Positions 1 to 12,208 of a stretch of DNA of 64,000 nucleotides are shown here, one piece after another (the stretch's first letter is position 1; the number at the start of each line of letters is the position of its first letter). Below the pieces are notes generated by a model. The model searched no databases and had not been told where the DNA came from. It saw only the letters and a list, made by a program, of their open reading frames with translations. The position numbers and the translations under genes are program-made. Origin of the DNA: Tubiluchus corallicola (taxonomy: Eukaryota > Animalia > Priapulida); contig JAQGDQ010000141.1 in NCBI GenBank assembly GCA_030141605.1, positions 1 through 64,000 on the forward strand. Reading direction: 5' to 3'.

Positions 1-239
1 CACTCCTGAGCGATCTAATGATGGTAGTGTTAAAACAGTTGACCAGCTATAACTGATAAATCTTAGCCCGCCTTGAACATTGGGCATATGTAATAAAAAA
101 TTTACTTATATACCGCACTACATCATTTAAAATCTCAGCACGCTGAACAATAAAATACATTTCATAAATTCATAAAAAAAATAAAATTTAAAAGACATTA
201 AAATTAAAAATAATTCGTAATAAAAAGTACAATATAAAA

Positions 240-360
240 TGGCGGTCTAGTGCACAAAGGCGTCAGTTTTGTAAGCAAAATGTCCTGGTTCAAATCCAAA
301 CTGTATCACTTCTTTTTCACATTTCCTGTACTTCAAGTTTGGTATCAAAATTTAAAACTT
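240..360 (+). mobile_element. Degenerate tRNA-derived SINE head
   Basis: A-box-like GGTCTAGTG, B-box GGTTCAAATCC, then ctttttcacatttcctg; related stretches at ~38433-38490 and ~40320-40430. Confidence 0.45.
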
Positions 361-1789
361 GTGCCAAATAATGATGTTGACTTTAAGATTTCAATAATTC
401 ATACTTTATTTATAATCATTATTTAAGTCAGCTTTGCATTAATAATTAACATAAGGTCAAAAGGTCTTCTGCCAATTGTAAATAACAATTCTACAACTTC
501 ATAACAGAGACTGTTATTAAACGGCTTCTACTCCTGCCAGACGCACTACCACATTTCTTTTAGGTTGTTTACGCAGCTGGATACGCAATAACGCATAACC
601 AGTTCTGGATGTCTGGTAAACGCTGCTTTACGTATTATCATCTGTCATACTCTTCGCGTACGTAATGTTCTTCTAGTTCAGCTACATAAGTCATTTAATA
701 AATTCGCATAATTTTTCTCCGCCTACTTCGAGTAATAATACTATTATTCATAGAAGCAGTAAAATTTGTTTGAACGGGAAAGGGGGTGGTGCCAATTTTC
801 AACTTTGTATGCCAGAAAACCATTGAAACAATAATCAAATGTTTAAAATTTTATTTGAAAAAATAATTTAGTTTGTCGATTAAGTAAAAATGTCTTCTTA
901 AGCTACGTCAACACTGTACGACATAAATGGGTATCCACTTTTTAATGTAGACATCACACGTTACGTGTCGAGTGTGCATAGAGATGATGGAGATTTGTTT
1001 AAATGTCAAATAACGTCATTAGTGCCGGGTTATTTAATTTATTGTTCAGAGAATTTAGTTGAAAAACTACACATGACTGTTGTCGTCAACGTAACAATAG
1101 GAATGAAAGGCCAAAGTAGATTAGTCGGCACATGTTTTCCTTGCATTTTGTGTAAAAATTGTTCGCTTATATTCATTGTAGTGCCTTTGATCTTCTGTGT
1201 ACAGCCTATTAATAGCTGTTTTATTAAGTTGTAAAATCACAGCTTTGTGAGCGTTTGACCTTTTTGCTTTCATGCAAACTGTGGAAACCTGTCAATTTTA
1301 ATAAAGCACATCAGTGACTTTACCCAGTGTACTGCACGCTGCGTGTAAACCTCGACAACCTGACATGTCGCAAAAAGTTACAAATTTCACTCAGTTATAT
1401 TTTATTCCCTGTTTTACACACTTTCCGGGTTTTTTTTGCATTTTAACATGTACATATATATATATATATATACATGTATACAGTGTATATATATACTGCT
1501 ATTATAAGCTTGAATTCTTGTGCACTTTCCACATATACATATATAATACTAATTTATGATTGGATTATTATGTTCTTTCCACATATACATACATATATTG
1601 CTAATATAAGCTTGGATTCTTACACACTTTCCACATATACGTACCTATATTGCAAATATAAGCTTTTGTTCTTACAAGTACCAGATGGTGAGTTTTTTGC
1701 AAGTCGAGTATTCAGTGTGAAAAGGCATTTACAGTTCTAAAGTAAAAGCAGCTGCATTCAAACTTGGGTGACCTATACCTATAGTAGCA

Positions 1790-2020
1790 AGTGAGGGACA
1801 GATTTTAGTTGGGCAGTCAGTGACCTTGAATTATTGACCCAAGGTAAAGAGTTGGGCAAATGAACTTGGGTAACATATATTAGAAATATGAAGATATTTT
1901 GATGACCGGTACTAAAGCCACAGGCAAAAAAGAATGCCGTGACTCTCTCACTCTGGCTGTCTGTCCGTCCGTCCGTCCGCCCTGTCTGTTTGTCCGTTAC
2001 ACTTTTCAATTCCAAAAGTA
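1790..2020 (+). mobile_element. Possible Helentron/DINE-like non-autonomous fragment
   Basis: (GTCY)n tract ctgtctgtccgtccgtccgtcc and a tgaccttga motif, both typical of DINE/HINE elements. Confidence 0.3.
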
Positions 2021-2174
2021 TTTACCAAATTGAGTTAACTAGTTAATAAATTAGAGCTGTTTAATTAGTTAATTTTGAATTAATTTAAATTGCAATGTTC
2101 CTCTGGTCTGAATCACTTGTCTCATTAGCAATGGGAAAACTACGAAAAACAGAAGTGTATGGTATCAAACAAAT

Positions 2175-2565
2175 ATAGAATTAGAATTAGAATTAGTTTA
2201 TTCACCGTAATGATTTCACATAACATAAGTAGGCAACGATAACTATAAAATTAACGAAATTAAAATTTAACTACAAAAAAAATCATATACAGAGGGCAAA
2301 TTTCTTTACCGAATCAACAAAAATATCGCGTTTTAATGTAGGGGCACACTAGTTCTTCACTCATACGTCTTAACACATCTCCAACAATATTTCATTAACG
2401 ACGTTAAATTTGGGGAGTGCATAAGGTTACAAATGCTAGAAAAGTTCAACTCAGAATGTTCAATTCGTAAATCTTCTGTCACCGGACATCTCAATAAGAC
2501 GTGGGCTTCTGTTTGAACTTCTTCCCACATGTACATAATCTGTCTTCTCTCGGTATTCTACCAAC
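2175..2565 (-). mobile_element. Non-LTR retrotransposon 3' end (RTEX-like ORF2 zinc-knuckle C-terminus, UTR and tail)
   Basis: Minus translation GRIPREDRLCTCG/EVQTEAHVLLRCPVTEDLR with one frameshift; ends in aataaa + (ttctaa)n. Confidence 0.7.
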
Positions 2566-4044
2566 CCCACTATACATGTATAATTATTAAAACTCCGTAT
2601 AATTTTAAATTGTTGATTTTGTTTCGAATTATTGACGCTTTATGTAAATAATTTTTATGTTAACCATTGTCAGAACTGTAAATCCTCGACATCTTGTTTG
2701 TGCCAAAGTGAAAACGTTCATCAAAGGCGGGAAAGAAGCCCAAAGCTACTTACTGCATTTAACTATCAAGGAAGCCATTTATGGAAGTGAAACGTTCCAA
2801 CGTTTGTTCTCGTGATGCGCTACCGCTTCTTTTGACAAAAGTTGTGCGGATAATCTGATTTCATTAAAAACTCGCTATAATTCTGCGAACATGCAGCTGT
2901 AATGCTTATTGCACTGAAAGGCTTCAGTGGAGTCAGGTGTAGACGACACTGAAAACGAGCAACAGCGACAGTGGCGACTGAAAACGAGCAACAGCGACAG
3001 TGGCGATGACTGCAACTGTCATACATGTACTCCATGTGCGGAAATGAGACGGATTACAGAGAACAAAAAATTAAAGGAAAGGCTAAGCTTTCTAGAAGGT
3101 CTAGCTTATTTCAATGTTCGCGAAAAATGTTAAAAGGATTTAGTAATAAAACTACAATTAGTAAAGTCACTTTAAAGTCGCGATCACTTCATAATTGCGC
3201 GCTCCCATTTTTGACGCCCATTCTTCTTCCAATGACGTCATTCGTCATGAAAAAAAGTAGCGCACTGTCAATCTTCATCAAAAGTATAAGTTTTTACAAA
3301 CAAATTAGCTAATTTTGAAATATTTTTGCGTGAACATTAAGTAAGCTGCAGAAGTTTGAATTAGTTTAAGCACCACATGCTTACGGAAAGCCACGACGCA
3401 CTTACGAAAAGTTACGAAGTCTCCCAATTACGTCATAAGTTTCAAGTGAATTTTCTATTCTCAGGTAATACATTTAAAATTTATCCTTTATAGGCGGTGA
3501 ATATTATTCTAAGTGAAAAGTTATAGAAGTATTTTCGTGTTTAAACACTAACAAGATTGAATACTGATGCGCAGAGGTGGTGGTGAGTCCTTTGCTGTTC
3601 ATTTTCTGCTGCTGTTGTCGCCGTCATCGCCGCCATAGCTGCATCCAGCCACTGTCGTGGATGTTGTTTTCCTGCTGTGGTTATGCTAATATTGTAGTGA
3701 TTGCTATCAACATTGCAGTCACTGCCACTGCTGCTGCTGCTGTCACCATCATTTTATTGTCGTTGTTGTTCCTCGTTTTCTTTGCCATTCTGGTTATTGG
3801 TTAGGCAGAACGTCCAACTCTTTCAGTCTTTGAAGGTATCGCTTTAGAATGTTTTGAACATCAACTACCATCGACTGCAACACAGCAAACATATACGTCA
3901 TATTCTGATATTATTTTAACGAATTCTCAGAACCAATGTACATTAATGGTTTTCAAAACCAACTCAAACGCACGAACATCTTTTAGACGACAGATGCTAA
4001 AATAATAGTTGCACAAAGTACACTTACCAAATTGGGAAGCTTTT

Positions 4045-4600
4045 TTATTTGTATTTATTTTTTATTTATTTATAATACATCCATGAACTGAAGTCAAGAG
4101 ACTTATATGTCCATTAAAAACATCGTAAAACTTATCGACAATGTACAGAAAGTAAAATTACTGCTAAAAGTAGAAAATACGTAGTATATGGTTAGTACAA
4201 TATAAACACACAAGTAGGTGCAAATAAATTAAAAGTGCCGGTAAAAAGATTAAAACTTGATTAGTACGATAAAATTGTATAACTATGGTAAAAAATTTAC
4301 ATCTTACATCTTTTATCAAATCACATATTTTCTAGTAAATATTTTCTTAAAAGTTTCTTAAATTTATTTATATTACTAGCTTGTTTTATTTTACTGGGTA
4401 AATTATTACCTATTACAGCACCATTATACATGATAGAATGTTTCATAACGTTTGTTCTGCACTTAGGATATGGAATTTGTGGTATTGTCGAGTTTGATAT
4501 GAATACATACTGCTATTATAACTGAAAAAATTGTGATACATATTAAGCGAAAGATTTTTTTATAGATCATATACAAATAATTTAGATTATTAACAATTTG
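4045..4600 (-). mobile_element. CR1/L2-group LINE 3' end
   Basis: Minus translation YQTRQYHKFHI...RTNVMKHSIMYNGAVIGNNLPSKIKQASNINKFKKLLRKYLL, then UTR and A-rich tail. Confidence 0.75.
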
Positions 4601-7295
4601 TACTTATCCTTACAGCTTATTTTCAACTGCATGTGTTATAATTACATCGAAATATCAAAATAATACAGCAGCTCAGTCTATTCACATGTAAATTTAAAAA
4701 CAGTGTTAAGGAAGCGATATTTTAATATTAAAAACTGGAAATCGAACAAAGATTTTGTTTGGAAATGCTAGGAAACTTTATGCAGTTAAGCTTGATCAGC
4801 CAAGTGAATAAAAATCTAAAGAAGAATATTTGATTAGCAAAATTTACGAAATCTATGGCTCATAAAAAATACTGTTATAAAAGATTAAACAAAACGGACG
4901 TTCTACTGAATCTACTAATGAATGAGTCTTATGTGCTTTAAAATTAAGACCAAAATCTCCAAAACGTGGAAAGATTATGCTAAGTGGTAGACTAATTTGT
5001 AGAAACCGCAGATATTGCTTTGTATAAAGAAAAATGTGTCCTTGTATTTATTAAAAAGCGTTTAAAAATAATGAAAAAAATTAAAATTATTCAACAAAAA
5101 TCCATGTGGTAATTTAAAGTAGTAAGATAGTTCTTTGTACTATAATTCACTTCAACGTCCAGCTAAGTCAACTTAATGTAAATGGGCAGATCCAGACATT
5201 GATAATTATCAAGCTTGGTCCTCTAATATGTACACTTAAACAAAAACCGAACTGTCTAGACTCTAGACTCAATCTCACTTTAATTTACTTTAATTATCCA
5301 AAATACACATTTTCTTGCCTATAAAATTTAGCAATTGTTTCTTATATTTGAATAATTAGCTTAGAATGTTAATTAACGGCAACCGAACACAGCTATTGCT
5401 CAAAAACTAACCACAGTTTGTACAATGGCAGGCATCTTCCCTTGCGCGTCAAGCACGTTTGCGTAAGTGTTACTGCTTAAACGCGTGATGTCACGAAAAT
5501 GGGCTCTGCAGCACATGACGTCAGAAACTAACACTGCAGTTCATGATCATGGTTATTACGGTACCGCCTTCTATTTGTCGGCCAGTGTGACAAAAAGGCA
5601 CCGTTGCCAATCTTAGTGGATTCACTGAGCCGCGCGTAGCTTTGAAATTTTAACGAAATTTGAGTATCCGAGGTAATTATTATTTAATCTAAACTTTGGT
5701 TTAAAAAAAATCTATTGTAGTTTTCAATATTTTAAAGCATTCTTTATTCTGAACTAATGTTTACACAATCATTCGGTTTTCCTTTAACTGCAGAAGTTAG
5801 CTATTTTTTCCACATTCATCCATCTCAACGACATAAATAGCCAACATGTGGAACCGATCAGAGGCAGCTTCCCGGCGATCACCCATTTATATACCGATCA
5901 CACTCGGCATTGTTTAACTTTAATCTCCAAGCACGCGCACAGTGCCCACGCGGCTGTTACAATAAATTCAGTTCAGAAGCATAAGCCAGCGTGAGACAGA
6001 GAGATACCTGGGCAGAAAATTTATTAAATTGTTGAAACACAGTCTCTGTGACAAGTGAGAGGTTATTTGCTTAGAATTTATACGAAATTGTATTTTCTCT
6101 GATGGGAAAATGATCCTGCGTACTTGACTTCTAAGAGTACATGGGCATTTAGTGGCTTAACGTATCTAAAAAACGGTTACTCAGTCAGAGGTGATTTACA
6201 TTCCGAGAAACAATTTAAACGTGCTTCTTAAAACCAGCACACTTTCTCTCTATTAATGTAAAGAAAAAGGAGAAGAAAAATAGACGAAGAAACAAGAAGA
6301 GCAGCAAGAAAAAGACAGTGAAAATGACGGCGACGATTATGCTGACGACGACCACAAACAAAGCAGAAGATTTGAAGTTACATTAAACTGGTTCTTTGTT
6401 AATCATATCAAAATTAATAGTTTAAGTAAGATTGTATTTTTATATTAATGCAGCTGATGTCTCCAATTTCTATACAAATCTGTAGTTATGTAAGTAATGC
6501 CTTGTTAAATCTAGACCTTTCTCATTTAGCAGCAAAATGTGGGCGAGTTTCTATTGAAGATGGTTATATTAAGTTTTTTTTGACGTAGAAATTTTAGCAA
6601 TAACATTGCTTGATAAGAGACTCGGCAATATTTTCTGTAGAAATAAATTGAGCTGAAGAAAAAGACCTTTTCTAATTTACCTTGAAAGTTTTAAAACCAT
6701 TGTATAGGAAAGGGTGTTGACAAATCTTTTTATGAGTGAACGAGCAACGGCGATACTGACTTTAAAAAAGAGGCTTCTGCCAAATTGGAAATAAAGGAAT
6801 CAGAGATAAAGTGTGAACAAGCCTCAACAACACCCGTCTCGTTACATTGCAAGTCCAGCGTTGATCAACTCATATATGATATATCTTTGTTAAGCATCTT
6901 ATGCCGTCTTGAAGCTTCGAGGATGTTAATTGCGAATAACTGAAGCGCAGTCGCGCGCGGCAGATTTAGATGAAAAGAGGTTTCACATGTGAGAACCTAG
7001 CCCAACATCACCCAACCCCTTCATTTACTCTTAAGTCAGAAGAAAGATGGAAGGGTGTTTTAAAGAAAAAAGAGGGAAGGCAAGAATGACAGCGTGTTTA
7101 GAAAGAAAATTCGCAATCCCTCTTCTAAAGGAGAATTATAAGATGTTACTGATAAATATCGCAGTGATTGAAAATACATATTATATTTCTGCATTGAGGC
7201 ATAAATATTGAAATTAATGCTGTCAAAAACTTTTGCAATAACCGCACTTTCCAAAAATATTAGGACATAAGTAGGAATTTTTATGAAAATGAAAT

Positions 7296-7551
7296 TTATT
7301 ATTAAAACAACACCACTTTTATGTAAAACGTTAATTTACAACTGTTTAAAAACATGTCCGAACGTTTCGACAGCAATCAGCTGTCATCATCAGTGGTACA
7401 ACATACACTATTGCCGTCGAAGCTGTCATCATCAGTGGTACAACATGCACTATTGTTGTGGAAGCTGTCATCATCAGTGGTACAACATACACTATTGCTG
7501 TCGAAACGTTTGGACAAGTTTTTAATAAAAGTTGTGTTGTTTTAATAATAA
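7296..7551. mobile_element. Foldback element, probably Penelope pseudo-LTR derived, with 3 x 42-bp internal tandem
   Basis: Outer IR ttattattaaaacaacac/gtgttgttttaataataa; inner ~30-bp IR aaaaacatgtccgaacgtttcgacagcaat/attgctgtcgaaacgtttggacaagttttt; units start 7379, 7421, 7463. Confidence 0.7.
7358..7396 (-). ncRNA. Minimal type I hammerhead ribozyme motif (Penelope-like)
   Basis: Minus strand reads CCA-CUGAUGA-U-GACAGC-ugauu-GCUGUC-GAAACGUU-CGG: core boxes, perfect 6-bp stem II, palindromic ACGU stem III. Confidence 0.7.
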
Positions 7552-8348
7552 GTACACTGCTTTGAAGTGCCTGTATCAATTGCCTTAAAAATGAAATCAA
7601 AATTACAAGAGTCACAAAATTAGATGTACTTCGCCGGAGGGTCCTAGATTTTAGAGGCCCCCCAAGCTTCACCTGAGAGTATATCCGGCACTGCCCTGCT
7701 GCGTGACCATTAACGAGACCATTAACCATTCTGCGAAGAAGCGCCGAGATTGCAAATAAATGGTATATATTAATAGCTGGCTCAATTAACACACTAGGCA
7801 ATTAATGCTACCCCAACATTAACTACACACAGCAGCGGATACATGGATGCCTGGAGCTTTAGACCTACATTTTCCCCTTCAGCCAACCTCAACAGCCTTT
7901 CAGATGTACTTTTAATCAAGAAGAGAGTATGAAGAGAGATGACATTGTTCTCAATCAGTGCAAACGATCTCATAGGTCGTTAAGCTGCTCGCTCCCCCCC
8001 CCCCTCCTACCCTTCTCTCGCTCATCCTCGCGCGATTTGCAAATGAAACTGAATAAGACGATCAATCTTATTCATTATCAGTTTGAGCAAACAGGGACAG
8101 GCGACCAGTTGGTTCCGATATAAACCCCCTGATCGATAGTATGGTTTAATTATCGATACGAATAGTGACATTGAATGGAATCCCATAATGCCCTGCGCTG
8201 CGCCTCGGCGACTCGAAGCCAAGTTTGCAGAAGGCAGTAGCTGTGCTGAGCAGCAGATAACGTAATTAGAATGGGTCTCAAGAGCGGCTTGAGTTAATGC
8301 AATACAAAATATGCTGATGCGCCTCAAATCGGGCTGATGAGGCACGCA

Positions 8349-8566
8349 TTATAAAGAGAGAGCAGGGAAAGGGTTAATTAGAATGTGAAGTGAGCGTAGA
8401 AGTGGGAAGAAAGAGGCCGGGAAATGGATTGAAGTTTAGGCTGTTGCTCATAGGTGGCGACTCCAGCAACAGGAAAAGACAAAGACAGATTTATTAAAAA
8501 TCGTTTGTTTAACAGACAACACTGGCACTAATGGCTGTTTAACGACTTACAACAATACAGGTAAGC
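8349..8566 (+). promoter_or_regulatory. Candidate TATA box plus non-coding first exon
   Basis: CpG-richer unique stretch ~7950-8345, TATAAAGAG at ~8350, consensus donor CAG|GTAAGC at 8560/8561. Confidence 0.3.
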
Positions 8567-8904
8567 ACGCAACACACAAACAACGGCTAACGTGTTTATT
8601 TGTTTATTAAATAAAAACTATTACAATTACATAATCAGATATATTAAATACGATTACACAAACAAATACTTAGTGGGCAGTCCATTAGTGAACAAAAGCT
8701 TAACTACTTGCAGCTGAGATAAAAGCTAAAACTTGGAAGCCCAACTACAATGCATTGTGTGTTGTTAGGTGTTAAGGGCAGGATAAAAGAGATGCCCAAT
8801 AAAAAGAGATGACATGAAGGTAAAATTAGGGTGTAAGTAAGTAATGTAAGTAGAAGAGAAGAAAAAAGATAAAAATTATAAAAAAAATAAAAATGTAGGT
8901 ATAT

Positions 8905-8990
8905 GCCACGGCATCGACAGCCGCTAGTATCGAACTCAGATTGCGTGGTTACAGTCCGAAATCTAAGCGACTGGACCACCCAACCCAGGA
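8905..8990 (-). mobile_element. tRNA-derived SINE head
   Basis: Minus strand: TGGTCCAGTCGCTTAG (A box-like), CTGTAAC loop, GAGTTCGATAC (B box); stems decayed, so not a functional tRNA. Confidence 0.5.
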
Positions 8991-9504
8991 CCGAATTAAT
9001 GCATGTGTAGGCTAGCTAGTTGCCCGCGGACCCCAGAGCATAAGGTTCCGTGCAAGACTATGTATGTTGTGACTTACTGTCAATAAATGAATACTATACT
9101 ATACTAAACTATAAATATTTGTTATTGTGTTGCAAGACATTGGCATTCGCCTCTGATTTAGTATCACGATCGCCTCACATGTTTATATAATAGTAGTAGT
9201 TGTGGTTTTTCTTACCATAAAATTATTATTTTACAATCTTTGACACGGATAGCAGAATTGAAACATTTCCTAGTCCTAAATTTTCTTCTTTTCAGAAAAC
9301 AGCAACACTACACAAAGGTTAAAAAAATTCACAATAACAAATTTTCGTGCTGTGTCAGTGAAAAAGATATGAAGATATGATAATGACAGGGCTGAAACTA
9401 GAAGATGATTCAACAATGTAGACAGAGGCAATGTAAATGAGCTTACGGAATTTTACAGAATTGTAACACTTCATTGAGGTACTAGCAAACATTAGTGTAA
9501 TTTT

Positions 9505-10250
9505 TTATTCATAAGCTTTTAAAACTGTAAAACAGATCTCAAATACCAAATTAGAATTCAAAGTTGGCGTTAGGGATGTAAAGTCTACATTGTTGAATCT
9601 CCTTCTAATTTTAGCTGCTAAATGACAGTCCATCAAAACGAGCTTTTCGGTTTGAATTTCTCCACAATTACAGAATCTCTGTCTTCTATCTACGTTACAC
9701 CATCTATCAGGTTCAACTTTCAAATAGTGCACCTGGAGTGTCAATCGCGTATAGGCAATGATGTACATCTCAGGTGTTTAATCCGGAATAACTGATATTA
9801 TTAAGCAAGAGTTGAACTCTTTATATGTCTCTCGTTTAGTTGAGCTGCTATTTCTTACAGTATCTGCCAACGGAGATTGTTGCTGCTCATATTCACTTAC
9901 ACTGATGCTAGGCAGTCCATTCAAACATACAAGTCACTGTTGTAAGGTCTTCCTATCTCGCATGGTTTAAGTAAAGGCTGATGATTTTCTGGACTGGCTA
10001 GTATCTTTTGCCACGTTTACATTCGTCAACATTTCACCCACGTGGTGGGAGAAGGATATGCAGTTTCAAGAAACACAAGATCGTTGAGCGTTGAACGTCC
10101 GACTGACAATAATGACTTGAAGAGTTCCATACGTTCTGTTGGGCATAATACTCTACATGTTGGTGTTCCACGTCTCTGGGCTGATACTTTTTTCTTAATC
10201 CAATACGGACAATCACAATTTTTGTGTACAAAAGCATGAAATTTAAGAAT
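9505..10250 (-). mobile_element. Degraded RTEX-like non-LTR retrotransposon ORF2 C-terminal part
   Basis: Minus frames: PETWNT, LFKSLLSVGRSTLNDLVFLETAYPS, and TRLTLQVHYLKVEPDRWCNVDRRQRFCNCGEIQTEKLVLMDC, the same motif family as 2175-2565. Confidence 0.7.
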
Positions 10251-10266
10251 GTCAGCATAGTTACCA

Positions 10267-10515
10267 GACGGTTTAGTCTAGTGGTAATGCGTCCGCTTTC
10301 CGTCTTGGAGATCGTTAGTTCAAAACTGCCCAGGGTCATACCAAAGACTTTAAAAATGGTACCTGATGTTGCCCTATCTGGCGCGTGGTATTTGTGGTAA
10401 AAGTGGGGTAATAATGATTTCTGTTATGTAGTTGTTGTTTGTTATTCACAGTCGGTGATAAAAAGGCAGGCTTGTGTTGTCTGTTAAATTTGAAGCCGAC
10501 CTTAAATAAAGATGA

Positions 10516-10517
<2 letters not shown>
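10267..10517 (+). mobile_element. tRNA-headed SINE with MetaSINE-like central domain
   Basis: A box AGTCTAGTGGTAA, B box-like AGTTCAAAAC, core GGGTCATACCAAAGACTTTAAAAATGGTACCTG..., ends AAATAAAG + (TTA)n tail. Confidence 0.7.
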
Positions 10518-10700
<183 letters not shown>

Positions 10701-12208
10701 ATCTTATTTTCGATGTGCTTTAAAACAACAAACTTCATTTTCGCATCCTCCTTTATTGCTCCACTTAAATACGGATATGCCATTGCATGTTCTCTCACAT
10801 AATCAATGTATGTTCAGTAAAGTTTCATCACCTATAGTTTTTGATTGTCTGTCATCCTCGCTTCCTCCATGGACCATGAATCTCGTTTTAAGAAGGTTTA
10901 TTGTTCATTCCAGAATCGTATTCGACTTCTGATTTTTTTGTTTAAAAATCTCAGTGTAAGTAGCAAAACTAGCAAACATAATTGCAGTTAAGTTTGTTTA
11001 GCAAAAATAGCAAACATATATGGTTGAGTTTGTTTATATATGTATGTACAAGGAGCATTATATTTTTTATAGTTTCTAATTGTATTCTACTAATTCATGA
11101 GAACTTTGTTATCTGTTGTGCAGACACGTGCTCAGTTTAATTCCTACTTTTGATGCTAAATTTTTGCGAGTGTCGAATTTATTTGATCTTTTGACAATAA
11201 ATTACTACTACACGTACACTACTATTAAGAGTACGGATCTCGCGCGCTACATAATGTAAGTCCTAAACTTGATGACTTCGATTATGTGTAAGCTAACTCG
11301 GCTTCCGTTTGTTTTGTTTGATTGCCGTAAATTGAATTGAATTGAATTAAACTGCTTTTTTCTTCCTTTACAAAATGTACAATAACCACACCCAGTCTGC
11401 AAGGGTGCAATAGTTGAACAGTATACAGGCAAATAGAGCCTAATTGTAAGGAATAAGTGAAAAAGAGAAAGGTTAGCGAGTCGACCAAAAGGTTTTCAAG
11501 CTATGTCAGCTATACCTTTAACATATCAATTAGTAAATTATCACAGGCAGCACTAGTGAGTAATGAGTACCAACAAATAATTTAACCAGCTTGATGTCCT
11601 AAATCAGTAGTTTTCAAAAATAACTAAGATAGCTAACATATATTTATATTTGTAGTTAGGCTGATGAATGAATGTTTTGATACAAACCATATTTGTTGAT
11701 GGTTAACTTAGTTTTCAGCTGTGTCATTACACTGTGTCACGTCCAACAGAATCCTACAACGAATCTAAATGACGATTTCTGGTTAGCCACTCTGATTTTG
11801 GTCACAGTTGGACATGCAATTTGTTGCGATCGACGTGCTTTCCTATTTAGATGTGGTTTGCCGCCTATAATAGCCAAGTTGATATCATTTAGTGCTGGAA
11901 ACGAGATCTATCTCTATTAGGTGTTATTAGTTCACGAAACGTCAGCGGTCCTTGGCATTAACGAAATTACAGCAGTTTACGAATATTACCGCACAGCCAA
12001 ATTTCATTATGATAGAAATACACTGTTGCAAAAAGCCGAGCTCGGAGAAAACAGAGAAACCTACGAAGTGCTTCAGTAGCTCGTGGGAATTGTTTTCCGC
12101 TTTCCATATCGTATGAACAAATTAAGCACCTTGGATCGTTCAAAGTCAAGCTAATACGACCCATTTGTAGCAAATCAAGAAAACCAATGAAGCAAAAATA
12201 TTTGACTG

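Noticed and set aside
1679-1693. 9-nt micro-exon TACCAGATG|gtgagt
   Set aside because: Good donor but weak AAG acceptor, and nothing links it to a gene
6260-6390. Lys/Arg/Glu-rich coding exon
   Set aside because: Purine-rich low complexity with no convincing splice sites or start
8334-8370. Hammerhead at CTGATGAG...GAAA
   Set aside because: No stem II between the boxes and no stem I/III pairing
8905-8990. Functional tRNA-Tyr gene
   Set aside because: A/B boxes present but acceptor and anticodon stems do not pair; treated as a SINE head
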